NCBI GenBank assembly: GCA_937625935.1
Contig: OW569380.1
Location: 62,001 to 126,000 of the forward strand
Source: Tetramitus jugosus
Taxonomy: Eukaryota; Protista; Heterolobosea
DNA: 64,000 bases
Direction of reading: 5' to 3'
The position numbers and the translations under genes were made by a program. Below, piece after piece: positions 51,609-63,730 of the stretch. Within the stretch, counting starts at the first letter, position 1; every line of letters starts with the position of its first letter. Under the pieces are notes generated by a model. The model did not search any database and was not told the origin of the DNA. It worked only from the letters and a program-made list of their open reading frames with translations.

Positions 51609-54600
51609 TTATTTATTGGAGGGTTCGTCATCTCGACGCTTGAACATATTAAATTTGCCCATGTCAAAGTTTGTCACTTTAAGTTTGTTTTCCCCACCTC
51701 CAATGTGCAAATTGTTCCACAGAGAATTAGATTTCTTCATGCCACCTTCTTCTGTGTGAGGTCTGTTTCCGTCGATCGATACTCGAGAAGCGGACTCAAC
51801 AGGTGGAGTGGAACCGACTCCAGTTTCTTGATTATCTCGCTTTAGGAATCCGATACCTCTATTCCACATGCTGCTTGTTTTCTGCTTCATATCACCAGTT
51901 ACACTAGTGGCGGGATTCGATGGAGGTGGAGGAGGTAATGAGGTAGGTTGTGGTGGAGCACTATCCTGCTTACGATCGAATAGATTATTCTGTGGTTTGA
52001 TAGGTGATGGTACATTGTCTGCAAGGTTTGTAAACACATTGGTGAAGGCAGCAACAGCTCCAGTCGAGCCTCCAGATACGCGATATATATCTTGAATCTT
52101 CTCTGTTAGATCGTTGCGCTCCTTACGTTTCAAGTTTTGCATCTCTGGTCCCAGCTGAATGATACTCAGGGCTTGAGACAGAGTGAAATTGTCCTTGTTT
52201 TCTTGTGCCCATTGCACCATGTAATCAGAAGAGTTGTAGAAACCTTCAATATAATTTCGAACCAAATATACATATGGCACTTCCTTGCGCTGTGTGCCAG
52301 GTGGTGACATACGAACATTTTGAGGAATGGTGCTCTCCAGTGCGGATGTAAGCATTTTCAAGTCCAACTGCATTTGTGCGATACCCTGATGATTGATCAA
52401 TTTGACTTTGGAGTATCCATCTACGATATTCTCCATTATGGATTTGAGAACGTTAGTCCACAAGATTACAGTGCTATTCGATGGAATACCTCCGTGAGAC
52501 TCCAATGGATTCATAATCTTCTTGAATTCTTCTAAATCGCGTGTAATACTGGTAATATATGCACTTTCACGACTGACTTGTGTAGGTGTCCATTTTTTAT
52601 CAATTTTGTCATCGTATTTTCGTCCAAACAATGCTCTCGCCTCTCGTTCATATATCGTGCTTTGGATACTTGAAACAACAGTTTTCATCTGCTGTGTGAA
52701 TTTCTCTACGTGATGCGCCTTCGACTTTGGTACTAAATGACTGAGTCTCTGTTTACAAACAGTGCTGATTGCATCTTGCATGTAAGTCAAGCTCTCTGCT
52801 GCTACCGAGCGCTCATAAAATCCATATTGTGACTTTGGTGATCTCAGTTGTGCCAGAAGCAATTGAGATGGTCTAGCGAGAGGGAAGAACTTTTCGCCAT
52901 TGTAGTTGTTCAACATTTGTCTAAACTCCCTGAAGGCATCTCGCAACTCCTCAGGAATAGCATTATCATTCTCTGGCAACAAAATATCTGACTGTGGATT
53001 GTCCATGATATCTCCAAACATTGAATGCACAGTATAAGCATAGAATTTGAACAGTGAAGCAAATGCAAAAAATATGTCCAATCCAACCAGTTGCAACACC
53101 TCCATCGCGTGCACATATGTACCCATTCTCTTCAAGATACTCATTGAGATGTTGGTAAACACTGGACCTTGTTTCCTCTTTTCTATCTGTTTCTTCATTT
53201 GTGCTTGTTGAGAAGATGATCTTTGCTCCTCGACTTCATCATCAGACTCATCACCACCAGAATGGTCATCATCATCCGAATCGCTTTGATATCGTTGCTG
53301 ATGAGAATCTCCGTCTTCGGTTTCTTGTTCTTCGAGCAGGAATGAACCCTTTTCTGCAGCTGTCTTGAACGGATTTTGCTCCGAGTCGTTCGAGTGCAAA
53401 AACATTCGTACTTGCTTGATGAATTGATCAATTCGATCGCTGCTGGTGTTTCTTCTGTAAGAGTAGGATTGATCAAACTGAGGAACGTCTCTCAAACTAA
53501 AGCACGAAGAATCTAATCTCTGCCATCCTTCGTTATCCATCATTGATCGCAAGTTCTCCAGTGTGTCCTTGTGGAAATTCAAAAAATACATTTGTGTTTT
53601 TGCTCGAAGTGCACCTCTCAACTGATGCGAATCAGTCTCACTAAACTCCTCACCCAGTTCACACAACATGTTTAGCGCGTGGAACACTTGCAAGAATTTA
53701 TCAATCTTGAAATGAGCAAAATCTGCATTGTTCAAAAACACTGAGAACTTGTTCTGGATTCGGAACCAGAGAGTCGTACGGAAATCTTCGACAAATTGTC
53801 GTATGGAACTAAAGTCGTACTGTGCAGCGTCATCTGGTGTGCCATTGCCTCCACCCGAATAACTTGCTCTACAATAACAAAAACACATCAAATAAGTCGA
53901 TTATTAATCTTACCAGTTAAAATAATTCCATTAGGAGACATACCTCTCTTGCATCATGTGCCAACTATAGATGGCATAATAATTTAACATTAGATCACTC
54001 AAGACGGACAATGCCTGCAACAAACAAGGCAACAAATCATCCGAACTCACATATTTACACAACTCTCCAAATTTTTTCATCTTCAACAATTCTTCCACAC
54101 CAATCTTTGCCTTTTGATTTCGCATCACAAACGATCGTGCCACCTCAACCAACAAACCGTCCACAGTTCCCACATAATACGCATCAATCTTCTTTGTGAG
54201 TTCATCTGCAGGCATTTCCAACAATTTGTAAGCAATCAAAATTCGTTCATAGTCCACTCCGTTGAACGAACCGAGAACTACATTGAGAGATTCAGCCACC
54301 TTGGTCGTCAATGTCCTATAACCCTTTTGAATATTGTTTTCCAATTGTCGAACAGCATGAAAATGTCTACAGCTGGCAATGGCGGCTCTGTGACGCAACA
54401 TGAGTTGAATAGCTGCTGGAAAATCACCTTCTTCCATCAATTGGAACAGTTCCTTTTCCTTTTCCATGATATCTTTGATTTTTGTCAAGTAATAAATTAA
54501 ATTCTAAAAAACGAAAAATAGAGAGTCAATAGACGTGATCACATCAAATCATCAAATCATCATAATATCATCATAATATCATCATTAAATCATTAAAGAC

Positions 54601-55009
54601 GTACCAAGAATGCTTTTCGTTGTCTGTATTTGGCCAAGACGGATAAACCACCCTTGACAACATCTTCTTGAGCTTGATGCAACCTTCTTCTTCCACTTCG
54701 ACACAATATCGAAGTGTTTGTCAAGTCCATGCCCACTTCTTGAACCTTGGTCATGCCCTGAACAAATGAAGTATAGTTTTCCATGACAGTTTTTGCAAGT
54801 TGATTGTTAATGTATTTGAGAGCCTTGTCGTGCTTCAAGAATTGTGCATCCAAGTAATCATCACTCAACTCTTCATTGTCTTGTTCGAGAAAAAAACGAA
54901 CATTGTCAAATGGTCGTGATGAATCAAAATATTGTGCATCAATCGTGCTCAACACTTGTTCAGGATCATTGATTGTTGTGGTTGTTGTTGATGATGATGC
55001 TGACGACAT
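51609..55009 (-). CDS. VPS50: VPS50/syndetin (EARP subunit), 3 exons (introns 54504-54604, 53869-53943)
   Basis: NYTSFVQGM, YFLNFH..LENLRSMMDNEGW, GYSKVK..G.AQMQLD. Confidence 0.85.
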
Positions 55010-55334
55010 TTTTTGTTTTTACTGTGTTCGTGGTTTTGGCACTGGCGGCAAAAAAAGTTTTTTGATTTGTCCGACAAAGATTTCTTTGAATTGTATATCT
55101 GGAAATGGGGCTGGTTGTATTGATGTTGATGACGAATCGTACGAGGTTTAGGCAGTATCACATCTAGGAATTATTAATCGGATTCTACGTAATGCGAGAT
55201 CTAATGTCATCGGATAGAATGGATTGATGGTATTCACTACAAAAGGGCATGGTATTGTCGATCCATACCAATCAGGAGTATTACTGGGTGATTTGAATTG
55301 AAGCTAGGTTTAGGTGACTGCTTCGCTCGAACCC

Positions 55335-55341
55335 TATAAAA
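55335..55341 (+). promoter_or_regulatory. TATA box candidate
   Basis: TATAAAA about 85 nt upstream of the ATG at 55427. Confidence 0.3.
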
Positions 55342-55426
55342 TGTAGTTCACTTTGCAGTTTTTCTCTCTTCCCAAAACCAATAACAACCAAAACCAATCC
55401 ACTTAACTGCTTTAAAGAAACAGAAA

Positions 55427-56254
55427 ATGAAACTGTTCATAGTGCTCTTGTGCCTCTTTGCCCTAACTTGTCTATTGCAAGGTAAATCTATCAGAGGAGT
55501 TAGAAATATCAAGCTTCAGTGTGGTACCTTCACTTGCGTCACTGGAGAGATCTGCTGCTCTGACAACTTGATCGGTCCATCTTCAGTCTGCTTCAATCCT
55601 ACCGTTCTGACCTGCCCTGCTGATCAATTCCAATCAGGAAAGAATTGCTTGTGTGGCAAGGATACTGGATGTTGTAACGGAAATTGTTTCAACACTAACG
55701 ATGCATATTGTGATACAACCACTGGTCAAATCAAGATCAAGCCTCCTGGTGTTCAGTGTGGTTCTCTCAACTGTCAAGTGGGAGATCAGTGTTGCTCAAA
55801 TAATGTGGTAGGAGGAACAAATAGATGCTATAACTCAGCTTCTGCCACTTGCCTCCCTGATCTCTTCATTCCTAGCCAAAATTGCCTCTGTGGCGTCAAT
55901 GATCGATGCTGCAAGGGTGTGTGCTTTGATGCTCATGAATACCAGTGCTCTTCTACTGGCCAAATTGAACCAATCAGCACTCCTCCATCCCCATCCCCAT
56001 CTCCTTCTCCATCTGGTCAATGTGGTGCTTCTCTCCAATGCAGCGGAACAGATCAATGTTGTGCAAACAATGTCGTGGGAGATCCATTTTCATGCTACAA
56101 TCCTAATGCACTCTCGTGCAGCGCTGATCAGTTCAAACCAGCTCAAAATTGCCTCTGTGGAAAAGGAGACGGATGTTGTAATGGAATTTGCTTCAAGCCT
56201 TCAGACGCTACCTGCAACACCACTACAGGACAACTTGACTTCATCCCTCTCTAG
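55427..56254 (+). CDS. Secreted Cys-rich protein with three tandem repeats (candidate wall or lectin protein)
   Basis: Signal peptide; 3x QCG..CC..C..C..NCLCG..CC.G.CF..C..TGQ; PS linker. Confidence 0.85.
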   Translation: MKLFIVLLCLFALTCLLQGKSIRGVRNIKLQCGTFTCVTGEICCSDNLIGPSSVCFNPTVLTCPADQFQSGKNCLCGKDTGCCNGNCFNTNDAYCDTTTGQIKIKPPGVQCGSLNCQVGDQCCSNNVVGGTNRCYNSASATCLPDLFIPSQNCLCGVNDRCCKGVCFDAHEYQCSSTGQIEPISTPPSPSPSPSPSGQCGASLQCSGTDQCCANNVVGDPFSCYNPNALSCSADQFKPAQNCLCGKGDGCCNGICFKPSDATCNTTTGQLDFIPL

Positions 56255-56498
56255 CAGCGACTTGCTTCGCCGAAGTAGGACAACTCATGTAAATAGAATT
56301 TAACCAAAAGAATCATCCGAGAGACTCTTCGCACTGCTTAATAAATCACACGCTATTCTGCCACAACCAGTATTCTCCTTTGCTGTTTCAAAAACAAACC
56401 AAAAAAAACGGTTGGCTATAAGTATTTCTCCGGATCATCGACATTTGACATCTTCAAAGCAACGACAAAACAAAAACCAAACAACAACAACATCAAAC

Positions 56499-59195
56499 AT
56501 GACAACAGCAATCACCACGCATGAACAACCCGTCATTAGCTCCAACAACGATGCCAACAACAATCAACGCAAACAAAGCGGTCTCTCCCTCAAAGCACCT
56601 CCCGCGCCCTTCATCGAGCTCACAGTTACTCCGCCTACGCCATCTGTCGCGACGTCAATGACATTTGGCAGCAGTCAAATATTATCATCAGAGGACAATG
56701 ACGATGACAATGACGATACGAGCTACACGGAAGACATGGAAGAAGACGAACAACAACAACAACAACAAACACAACAACAAAAACAACAACAAAAAGAAGA
56801 ACAAGAACTGGAACAACAACATCGTTCCATCATTAATCAATCCATGGAAATTTTACTCAATTGGGAAACACACAGTAACCGAAATAGCATACGAACAACA
56901 ACTAACACTCATAACAATAACAATAACAATCATAGTAATGGTAATATGAAACACAATAGTCGATATAGTATGCATCTCCTCAAAAATAGTGTTCAAAAAA
57001 CTCAACAACAATTGAAAAATGAAAATTTCATGCATGATGAAAAAACAAGTCATTTGACACAATGGAACAACAAGAGTGATTTTTTGTTGTTGAATCAAAT
57101 TTTGAGTTCATTGGACCTTGTTCTACAATCATCACCATCCAATAGTAGTAGTAGTAGTAGTAATAGTAGTAATCAAAGAATGAAAGTAGATGCTCTCAAA
57201 TGCAAATTACTATGTTATCAATTCTTGCATTACAATAAAATGAGTGATCATAATAATAATAATGGTGAAAATAATACTAATGATGAAAATCAAAAGAAAT
57301 TAATGATGGAACAAGAAAAAGTCAAAGTCATGATTCAATTGATTCAATTGTTGCATAGTACGACTCATCACAACAATCACAACAGTAGTTTTATGAAAAT
57401 AGATGATGTGATTCATGTTCATGATGATCAATCGGATGATATAGATGATATAGATGATATGGATGATATGGATGATAATGATGATGAACATGGGTTCATT
57501 TATTATTATTTGAAACAATTGTTTTTGCTTCATCATAAAACATTGTTGAAGCACTATGATTCCTATGCGAATTCAATTGAAATGAATAATAACAATAATA
57601 ACACTAATAATAATAATAATAGTAATGATTTGTTTGATTTAATCATGAGGTATGGTAAGAAAATGTTGTGGACACATTGTGCTTCACAATGGGAGATGAA
57701 TCAATGGTTGATTCATTGTTGTGAATGGGTCATTCGATTCATTTGTGAAACAAGTGATCAACAATTGTTTGTTCATCATTTGATTTTGTCATTCTTGTCG
57801 TCGCCGAAGAATCAAGAGGATAGTACAGATACGGGTAATGATCATGAAATGAATGTCATTAGGTCAAGAAAAGAACGGAGAAGCTCAGAAGAGGGAACAG
57901 CTAAGCAAAAACAAAGAGTTGTTTATGAGCCTAATAGGAATGAAAATCCAGTGCCAAAGTATCGTATTCAATTGCCAATCGATACCATTGTGAATATTGT
58001 TTGTCATTTGGCGTTTGATTGGAATCAAATCAACTTGATTTTGGATCAATTTCTGTATGCTCCATCCTGTGATCATTTGATGATCTTCAATGATGGTCCA
58101 AACATTAGTTCAAATGCTGTAGGTGGTCATTTGTTCATGTGTGAGGATGTCGAGGTTTGGATCACGCTGTTGGATGAGCGGATATGGGCTCTCATGATTG
58201 AACGTGAAACGATAGATGCCATGGAGGCTTCTCACTTTGGTTTGCGTTATTATCAGTGGAGATTCAACAGTGACTGTCCATTGCTAATACCGATTGCTGA
58301 TCATGAGAGGAGTGAAGATGAACAGTTTAGAGAAAAACTGTTGCAAAAGGCAACTGAACTCGATCCAAATCAACAAATTGTTTTCTCGCCCAAAAAGAAG
58401 GAACCAATTGAAGTTTTAGATATTCAGGATACTAGCATAGAGATCGAAGACAGAGCCCTCTTGTTCGATGATGATCAACCTTCACTCGGTCACACTGCTG
58501 CACTGGTATCAACCAGTTCTCATCCAGCATCAGTGAATGAAGCAATTGAAGAACTGAGGCGAGAAAATGCCCAAATGAAACAATACTTTGAAGAGCAGTT
58601 TAGGAACATTACTTCATATGTTCATGCATTGCAGAACAAGGTGACAGCATACAAGAAAGATCGAGATGCAATGTACCAGAATCTCTCCAACATGACAATG
58701 AAGAACAAGATTCAAATTCTGTCAACAATGGTCGGTACCAAGATGCTGGAAGGTTCAGCCACTGTTATTCCACTAAGAATCAGCTCTGTCGATACTGAGG
58801 CCAATGTTCGAGCAACATCGCAGTTGTTTGATGTGTGCGGTCTCACATGGAACTTGAAGTTCTATCCTCGTGGAGAGAGTGATGGAGGTCACTGTTCCTT
58901 GTTCCTGGGTCTAGATACAATACCCGAGGGATTCATTCGCGTCCACGTTGACATGAAGATCTCACTCAAAGGTGCTATCAAATTCAGCGGATCAAAAGTG
59001 TTGCTGTCTGGAGACGTTGGGAAAGGCACACCAACTTTCTGCACGGTTCAACAACTCGCAAAGGTTGTTCCAGCAACAAGCAAAGGGTACACATTCGAAG
59101 TCAAACTTCGCGTTACAAAGATGCTCACATTCAAAACACTGACGGAAATCGAGATTTACGACCGGACAGCAACAGCCAATAAAAAGAGAAGATAA
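56499..59195 (+). CDS. Low-complexity protein with coiled coil and C-terminal MATH domain
   Basis: FDVCGLTWNLKFYPRG..HCSLFL. Confidence 0.82.
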   Translation: MTTAITTHEQPVISSNNDANNNQRKQSGLSLKAPPAPFIELTVTPPTPSVATSMTFGSSQILSSEDNDDDNDDTSYTEDMEEDEQQQQQQTQQQKQQQKEEQELEQQHRSIINQSMEILLNWETHSNRNSIRTTTNTHNNNNNNHSNGNMKHNSRYSMHLLKNSVQKTQQQLKNENFMHDEKTSHLTQWNNKSDFLLLNQILSSLDLVLQSSPSNSSSSSSNSSNQRMKVDALKCKLLCYQFLHYNKMSDHNNNNGENNTNDENQKKLMMEQEKVKVMIQLIQLLHSTTHHNNHNSSFMKIDDVIHVHDDQSDDIDDIDDMDDMDDNDDEHGFIYYYLKQLFLLHHKTLLKHYDSYANSIEMNNNNNNTNNNNNSNDLFDLIMRYGKKMLWTHCASQWEMNQWLIHCCEWVIRFICETSDQQLFVHHLILSFLSSPKNQEDSTDTGNDHEMNVIRSRKERRSSEEGTAKQKQRVVYEPNRNENPVPKYRIQLPIDTIVNIVCHLAFDWNQINLILDQFLYAPSCDHLMIFNDGPNISSNAVGGHLFMCEDVEVWITLLDERIWALMIERETIDAMEASHFGLRYYQWRFNSDCPLLIPIADHERSEDEQFREKLLQKATELDPNQQIVFSPKKKEPIEVLDIQDTSIEIEDRALLFDDDQPSLGHTAALVSTSSHPASVNEAIEELRRENAQMKQYFEEQFRNITSYVHALQNKVTAYKKDRDAMYQNLSNMTMKNKIQILSTMVGTKMLEGSATVIPLRISSVDTEANVRATSQLFDVCGLTWNLKFYPRGESDGGHCSLFLGLDTIPEGFIRVHVDMKISLKGAIKFSGSKVLLSGDVGKGTPTFCTVQQLAKVVPATSKGYTFEVKLRVTKMLTFKTLTEIEIYDRTATANKKRR

Positions 59196-59263
59196 TCACT
59201 TTTCCTGAAAGTAGTAATTTTACAATGTTTCTTCGGTTCAAACAAAGGATTTCACCTGTAAGC

Positions 59264-60450
59264 TTAAAATGAGCTCTTAAAGTGAATACCAATCTTCATA
59301 TCGTCCACAGCTTTGACGCCATTGAGAGACAATCCTCCCAATGAGACACCACCACTTCCAATCTCACCGAAATCAGCATTCCATCGAACACCCCATCCCT
59401 TCTCAGACGACCATCTCACTCCGACAGTGGACGCCTTGATTTGACTTTGAGAGCTCGATGGTGTTGACTTTGCTTCATCATCCATCAAATTCCATATGAC
59501 ACCCAATCCATACTTTGAGCTAAAGTTGGTCGAATTGTAGGAAAAGTGACCTGATGTGAGCAAACGACGGTTGATTTGATTCAATAGGAACAAATCAGTT
59601 TGACCCAAATACGTCTGTCTCAACGTCCAATCCAATTTGGACTCTGTTTTCTCATTGAGCGTTCTGGCGTAGTTGACTGAGAAACCAGCGTTGCTCACTG
59701 AAGCTCCGCTCCATCCAAGCTCGAAACCTGCTTTGAATCGAGGAGTAAACTTTCCCAACGCCATGAACAACACAGTGGGTATGCTTCCTTGAGAAGAGTA
59801 GAGCTCAATAGACGCTCTGTCCTTGCCCTTGTACTTGAACACGGGGTGTATCACGAATTCCAATGGAAAATTACGCTTCACGGCCAAGGAACCGCCAAGT
59901 GACGCGTACTTTGAATCTAGCAATCGACCGTTCAAGAGGAGGTGAGGGTATGGCGGTGTTTTAACGTTGCAGTAGAGCAGGGGTTCCGATGAGGTGTCAT
60001 GAGTCGCCATTTTTTCATTTTTGTATTCATCGCGAGCGGGTTGACTGCGGCGATATTGAGCAGAAAGACCATTCTCGCTGACTTGAAATCCCCATTCGTC
60101 ACCAATGCGCAGTGGCGCTTCTTTTTTTTGAGGGAGAGTCCAATTGGCGCCAAGTCTGAAGCTCTGTAAACCGTTCTTGTGATTATCGGAGAAAAGAAAT
60201 TGGGCACTGACCCTCGAGTGATCAAAAGGCAAAAAATAAATGCTCTCTTTTTGTGGAAGATGTTGGTGTGTCAGCCATCAAAATTTTGTGATCCAAAGAA
60301 ACAATGAATGTGATGATGGTGTGTGATCATTGGTTATTAGTTGATGATAAACATACGGTTCACTCTTCTGGACAGAGAAAGATATGACAAGAGGTTAGGG
60401 TTAAATGGCACTGCGTCTTCGCTATCCACAAATCGAAAGAATGATTGCAT
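59264..60450 (-). CDS. Eukaryotic porin/Tom40/Mdm10-superfamily beta-barrel, 2 exons (intron 60247-60356)
   Basis: Alternating beta-strand pattern, terminal KIGIHF beta-signal-like strand; exon 1 MQSFFRF.. joins in frame. Confidence 0.55.
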
Positions 60451-62273
60451 TTTTGTTTTTCCTGAGATCTCTGTTTTTGTTTTTTGTTAGATCGCGTGCG
60501 AAACAAAAAACAATCCAGAAAAAACTTTTTTGTCAGACGAATCAAATACACTTTGATTATTAATCCATCCCTTTCAATGCATGAACACTCTCACCATCTC
60601 TACTTCAAGTAGACCGGTCAGGAGCATTGTGGAGGAGAAGGCAGGCAAGGTGTCTCGGTACCAAGGAATGTACAGCAACGGGTTGTAATTTTGTAAGGTA
60701 AGGTATTTTTGTTGGTTCTTCTGCTTTGACATATACTCTCCAAAATCACGGCCTATTCAGAAGATTCGATCTGTCTGTGGTATTCACAATGCACCATAAC
60801 GCAACTGTTTACCACTTTATCTGTGACTTTCAAGAGGAATACTTTTTAATTATTGGGAAACATTTTCATAGGGAGTCGCTTCAAAACAGAATTTCAAGAT
60901 CTGTAAGACTATTCGTATTGGAATTACTTCCAAACAAGGTCGCAGCCCTATGTTCCCTGGTCAATATTGATCGAGTGAACGAGCTACGAAGAAGTTGTCT
61001 CTTCAAAGTGTATGGTGAACCTCTCCGGAATTCATAGGGTATGACTGGTTCTTACTGGACATTCGAAATTTTGTGGTTACTGATTCCAAAACACATGGTA
61101 GATCCAAACCCAGTCTCTTCCAAAGCTACTTGGTACCACTGGTAGATTGCTTCATATTCGATGTTAAGCATCATGGCAATTTACATGACTTTGGGATCTG
61201 TGCCTATTATACACAAAAATGTCAGTGGGTAGATTGATAGACTAGGGACCCTAATATCAGACTTTCTCACGCCTATAGTTCAGTTGAAAATTGGTGAATA
61301 ATATGGAATCGCTACAATATTATGCAGCGTCTACACACCAATAATGTTATGGTCAATAGTTCAAATTTATTTGACATTGACGAAAGAGCATTTCTAGAAT
61401 TCAGAAATATTCTTGCGAATTTAGATCTGTCATTCAAGAGCAACAACGTCGATAAGCGTTAAAAGAGAACAAAGAAACGTAGGACTAAGACAATGGAAGG
61501 GCCACCAGATCTTCACTAGAGTTATTGAGCATGAACATTCCAGTCATGGATCCGGATCAGAACGCTGTTTTCTTCAATACTAAAAATTCCGAATGTCGAA
61601 TAAAAGTTGATGTGTTTGTTTGAGAAAAATTTTATGTCACTTGGAAAATTTTTAGGTCAAGTGAAAATATGATAGGTTTGCACTCAGATTTGACCAATTT
61701 GTCAATTGCTTATGAACTTTGATAAGGAGACCATACTCCAGCCATATGCAATCTAAAAACCATTCATCCACCAAATAATTTCCATATCCATCAGTGGAAC
61801 TCTCAATCATTCTTGGGAGGTAACTCCGCGTTTCGGAGAGCTGATTAACACATGAGTCTTTCCTTTGGTCTTGCCAAAATCTCATTGACATTCTCAAACA
61901 TCTTGGAATTCAGTGCCAATTTCGTATGGCTTTCCCAACATATTACCCGTAACTTATGCATCTTCATAGTACATAAAAGTAGACCCATACAATGATTCGC
62001 ATAAATCAATAAATTCATCAAGAACGAATATTATGAAAAGTGTTTAATCCCTTTACAAAATTTTTTTTGAGGTTTTGGCGCTTTGAATTGAGACGAAGCT
62101 CAATAGTTTTATGTACAAACTGCTTGTTTAACAGGTCGGGAGTAATAACTTTTCATAATATCTGAACCCTCAGAGAACGGTATGTTTTCAAGGATCGCGG
62201 GAAGTTTAGGAATTCGAAGTGATGCAGAAAAACAAATCTAGTTAATATTTGTCAGTGATTTGAATTGACTTTG

Positions 62274-62560
62274 TTAAACACTTGTCAAGATGTCCAAAAA
62301 ATCAATTATTCTTTCGGAACTTATCAGCAGTCTTGCAGGGACATTTTTTGATTTTGCAACTCGATTCACATGTACATGCTCCAGCTGTTCCATTCTGAGA
62401 CCCAGATGACCCAGATCTGTCAGATTGTGTAGATTTCCTTTTCTTGGTACTCGGTAGAATTCTGCCAATTGAGTTGAAGGCCTCTTTGCAGCTGCAGTGG
62501 ACGTGATTCGGTTCTGTCTCTTTGCAGTTTTTAAAACACACATGAGTGTCCATCACACAC
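62274..62560 (-). pseudogene. Cys-cluster (CXC-like) coding remnant
   Basis: CTCESSCKIKKCPCK motif; interrupted. Confidence 0.3.
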
Positions 62561-62575
62561 CAAAAAAACGAAAGT

Positions 62576-62660
62576 AGGACATAGTGTGAATCGAACACAC
62601 GACCATAGGATGATGTTGCATTATTTGCAATCCCATGCTCTACCGCTGAGCTATATGTCC
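62576..62660 (-). tRNA. tRNA-Cys(GCA) with 13-nt intron (62612-62624)
   Basis: GGACATA/TATGTCC acceptor, U73, GCTC/GAGC D arm, TGGGA/TCCTA anticodon stem, GTGTG-TTCGATT-CACAC T arm, poly-T downstream. Confidence 0.93.
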
Positions 62661-62725
62661 CTGTGCGATCTCAAACCAATAGCAATCCCTGAAAAAACGC
62701 GGACAAGTACAAAAAACACGAACAC

Positions 62726-63730
62726 ATGTCAACACAAGGACCGTCAGCACAGGCGGTAATGATCCGCAGAAGTCAATATGTAGTATGGACAAAGATGAGT
62801 AAAGAAGCAGCAATGAAGAGAAATGAAGCAGTTGTCACTGGTAAGTGCAACAATGTGACCCCAGAAGCGATAGTTAATAAGATAGTAGCTAGTTGTTCTG
62901 AGTGGGTAGAGAGGGTTCAAGTGATTAGAAGAGGAGAGAGTTACAAGGCGTGGATAATCAGAGGTGACAAAGTGTGGGAATTCATTCAATGGTTTAACTG
63001 CACAAAAGTGTTGAAGGATTCCACGGCGGGGGTCAATGGTAGGATGAGAGCCACACATGACGTCGTCATTACTGGAACTGGAAAGATAAGCAAGGAGGAC
63101 ATTGAGACCTGGGCTGGTCGGGATAATGTACACAGAGTTGAATTGAGAGGAAACTCTGCCATTGTATCCACCAAAAATCCTAGATGTGCAAATACACTTC
63201 TGGAAAAGACACCCATCAACAACACCAAGACAAGAAAATTCGTGCACAAAGCTCTTGGGCCTATGGAGATACTGAAGAGAACTGTGACTCAACTACAGTC
63301 TGATATGAACAAAATGTTGGATGAATACAGAATTAGTGTGGAGCAAATCCGAACTCTTAAGTCAGAATTAATGAAGATGAGACTCAGAGTGAGTAAAATG
63401 GACGGAGCTTACAAGAGAGCTGAATTGGAAGCAACAACACCAAATGTGTTAGTGGAGGAACCACATGAGACAGTGCAAGCGATGGAGGAAACAGTAAACG
63501 CCCCTGTGGCACAGATCAAAAACAGAGGAAAACAATCATTCGATAAGGGACAGAGGAGATTGGATGACTTTGTCAACAACAGAGGTAAGAAGCGAGATGC
63601 CAGAGAAGTGGAGGAAGATGAGATACAAAGAAAGATAATAATGAGAAATTCTCCTGGTGGAACAATTCAAGTGAGCAGCACTCAAGAGAGTGCGGTGTCA
63701 CCCCAAGAGAATGACCAAAGTGAGCAATGA
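62726..63730 (+). CDS. LINE ORF1 (RRM-like plus coiled coil)
   Basis: 334 aa directly upstream of the APE ORF. Confidence 0.75.
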   Translation: MSTQGPSAQAVMIRRSQYVVWTKMSKEAAMKRNEAVVTGKCNNVTPEAIVNKIVASCSEWVERVQVIRRGESYKAWIIRGDKVWEFIQWFNCTKVLKDSTAGVNGRMRATHDVVITGTGKISKEDIETWAGRDNVHRVELRGNSAIVSTKNPRCANTLLEKTPINNTKTRKFVHKALGPMEILKRTVTQLQSDMNKMLDEYRISVEQIRTLKSELMKMRLRVSKMDGAYKRAELEATTPNVLVEEPHETVQAMEETVNAPVAQIKNRGKQSFDKGQRRLDDFVNNRGKKRDAREVEEDEIQRKIIMRNSPGGTIQVSSTQESAVSPQENDQSEQ

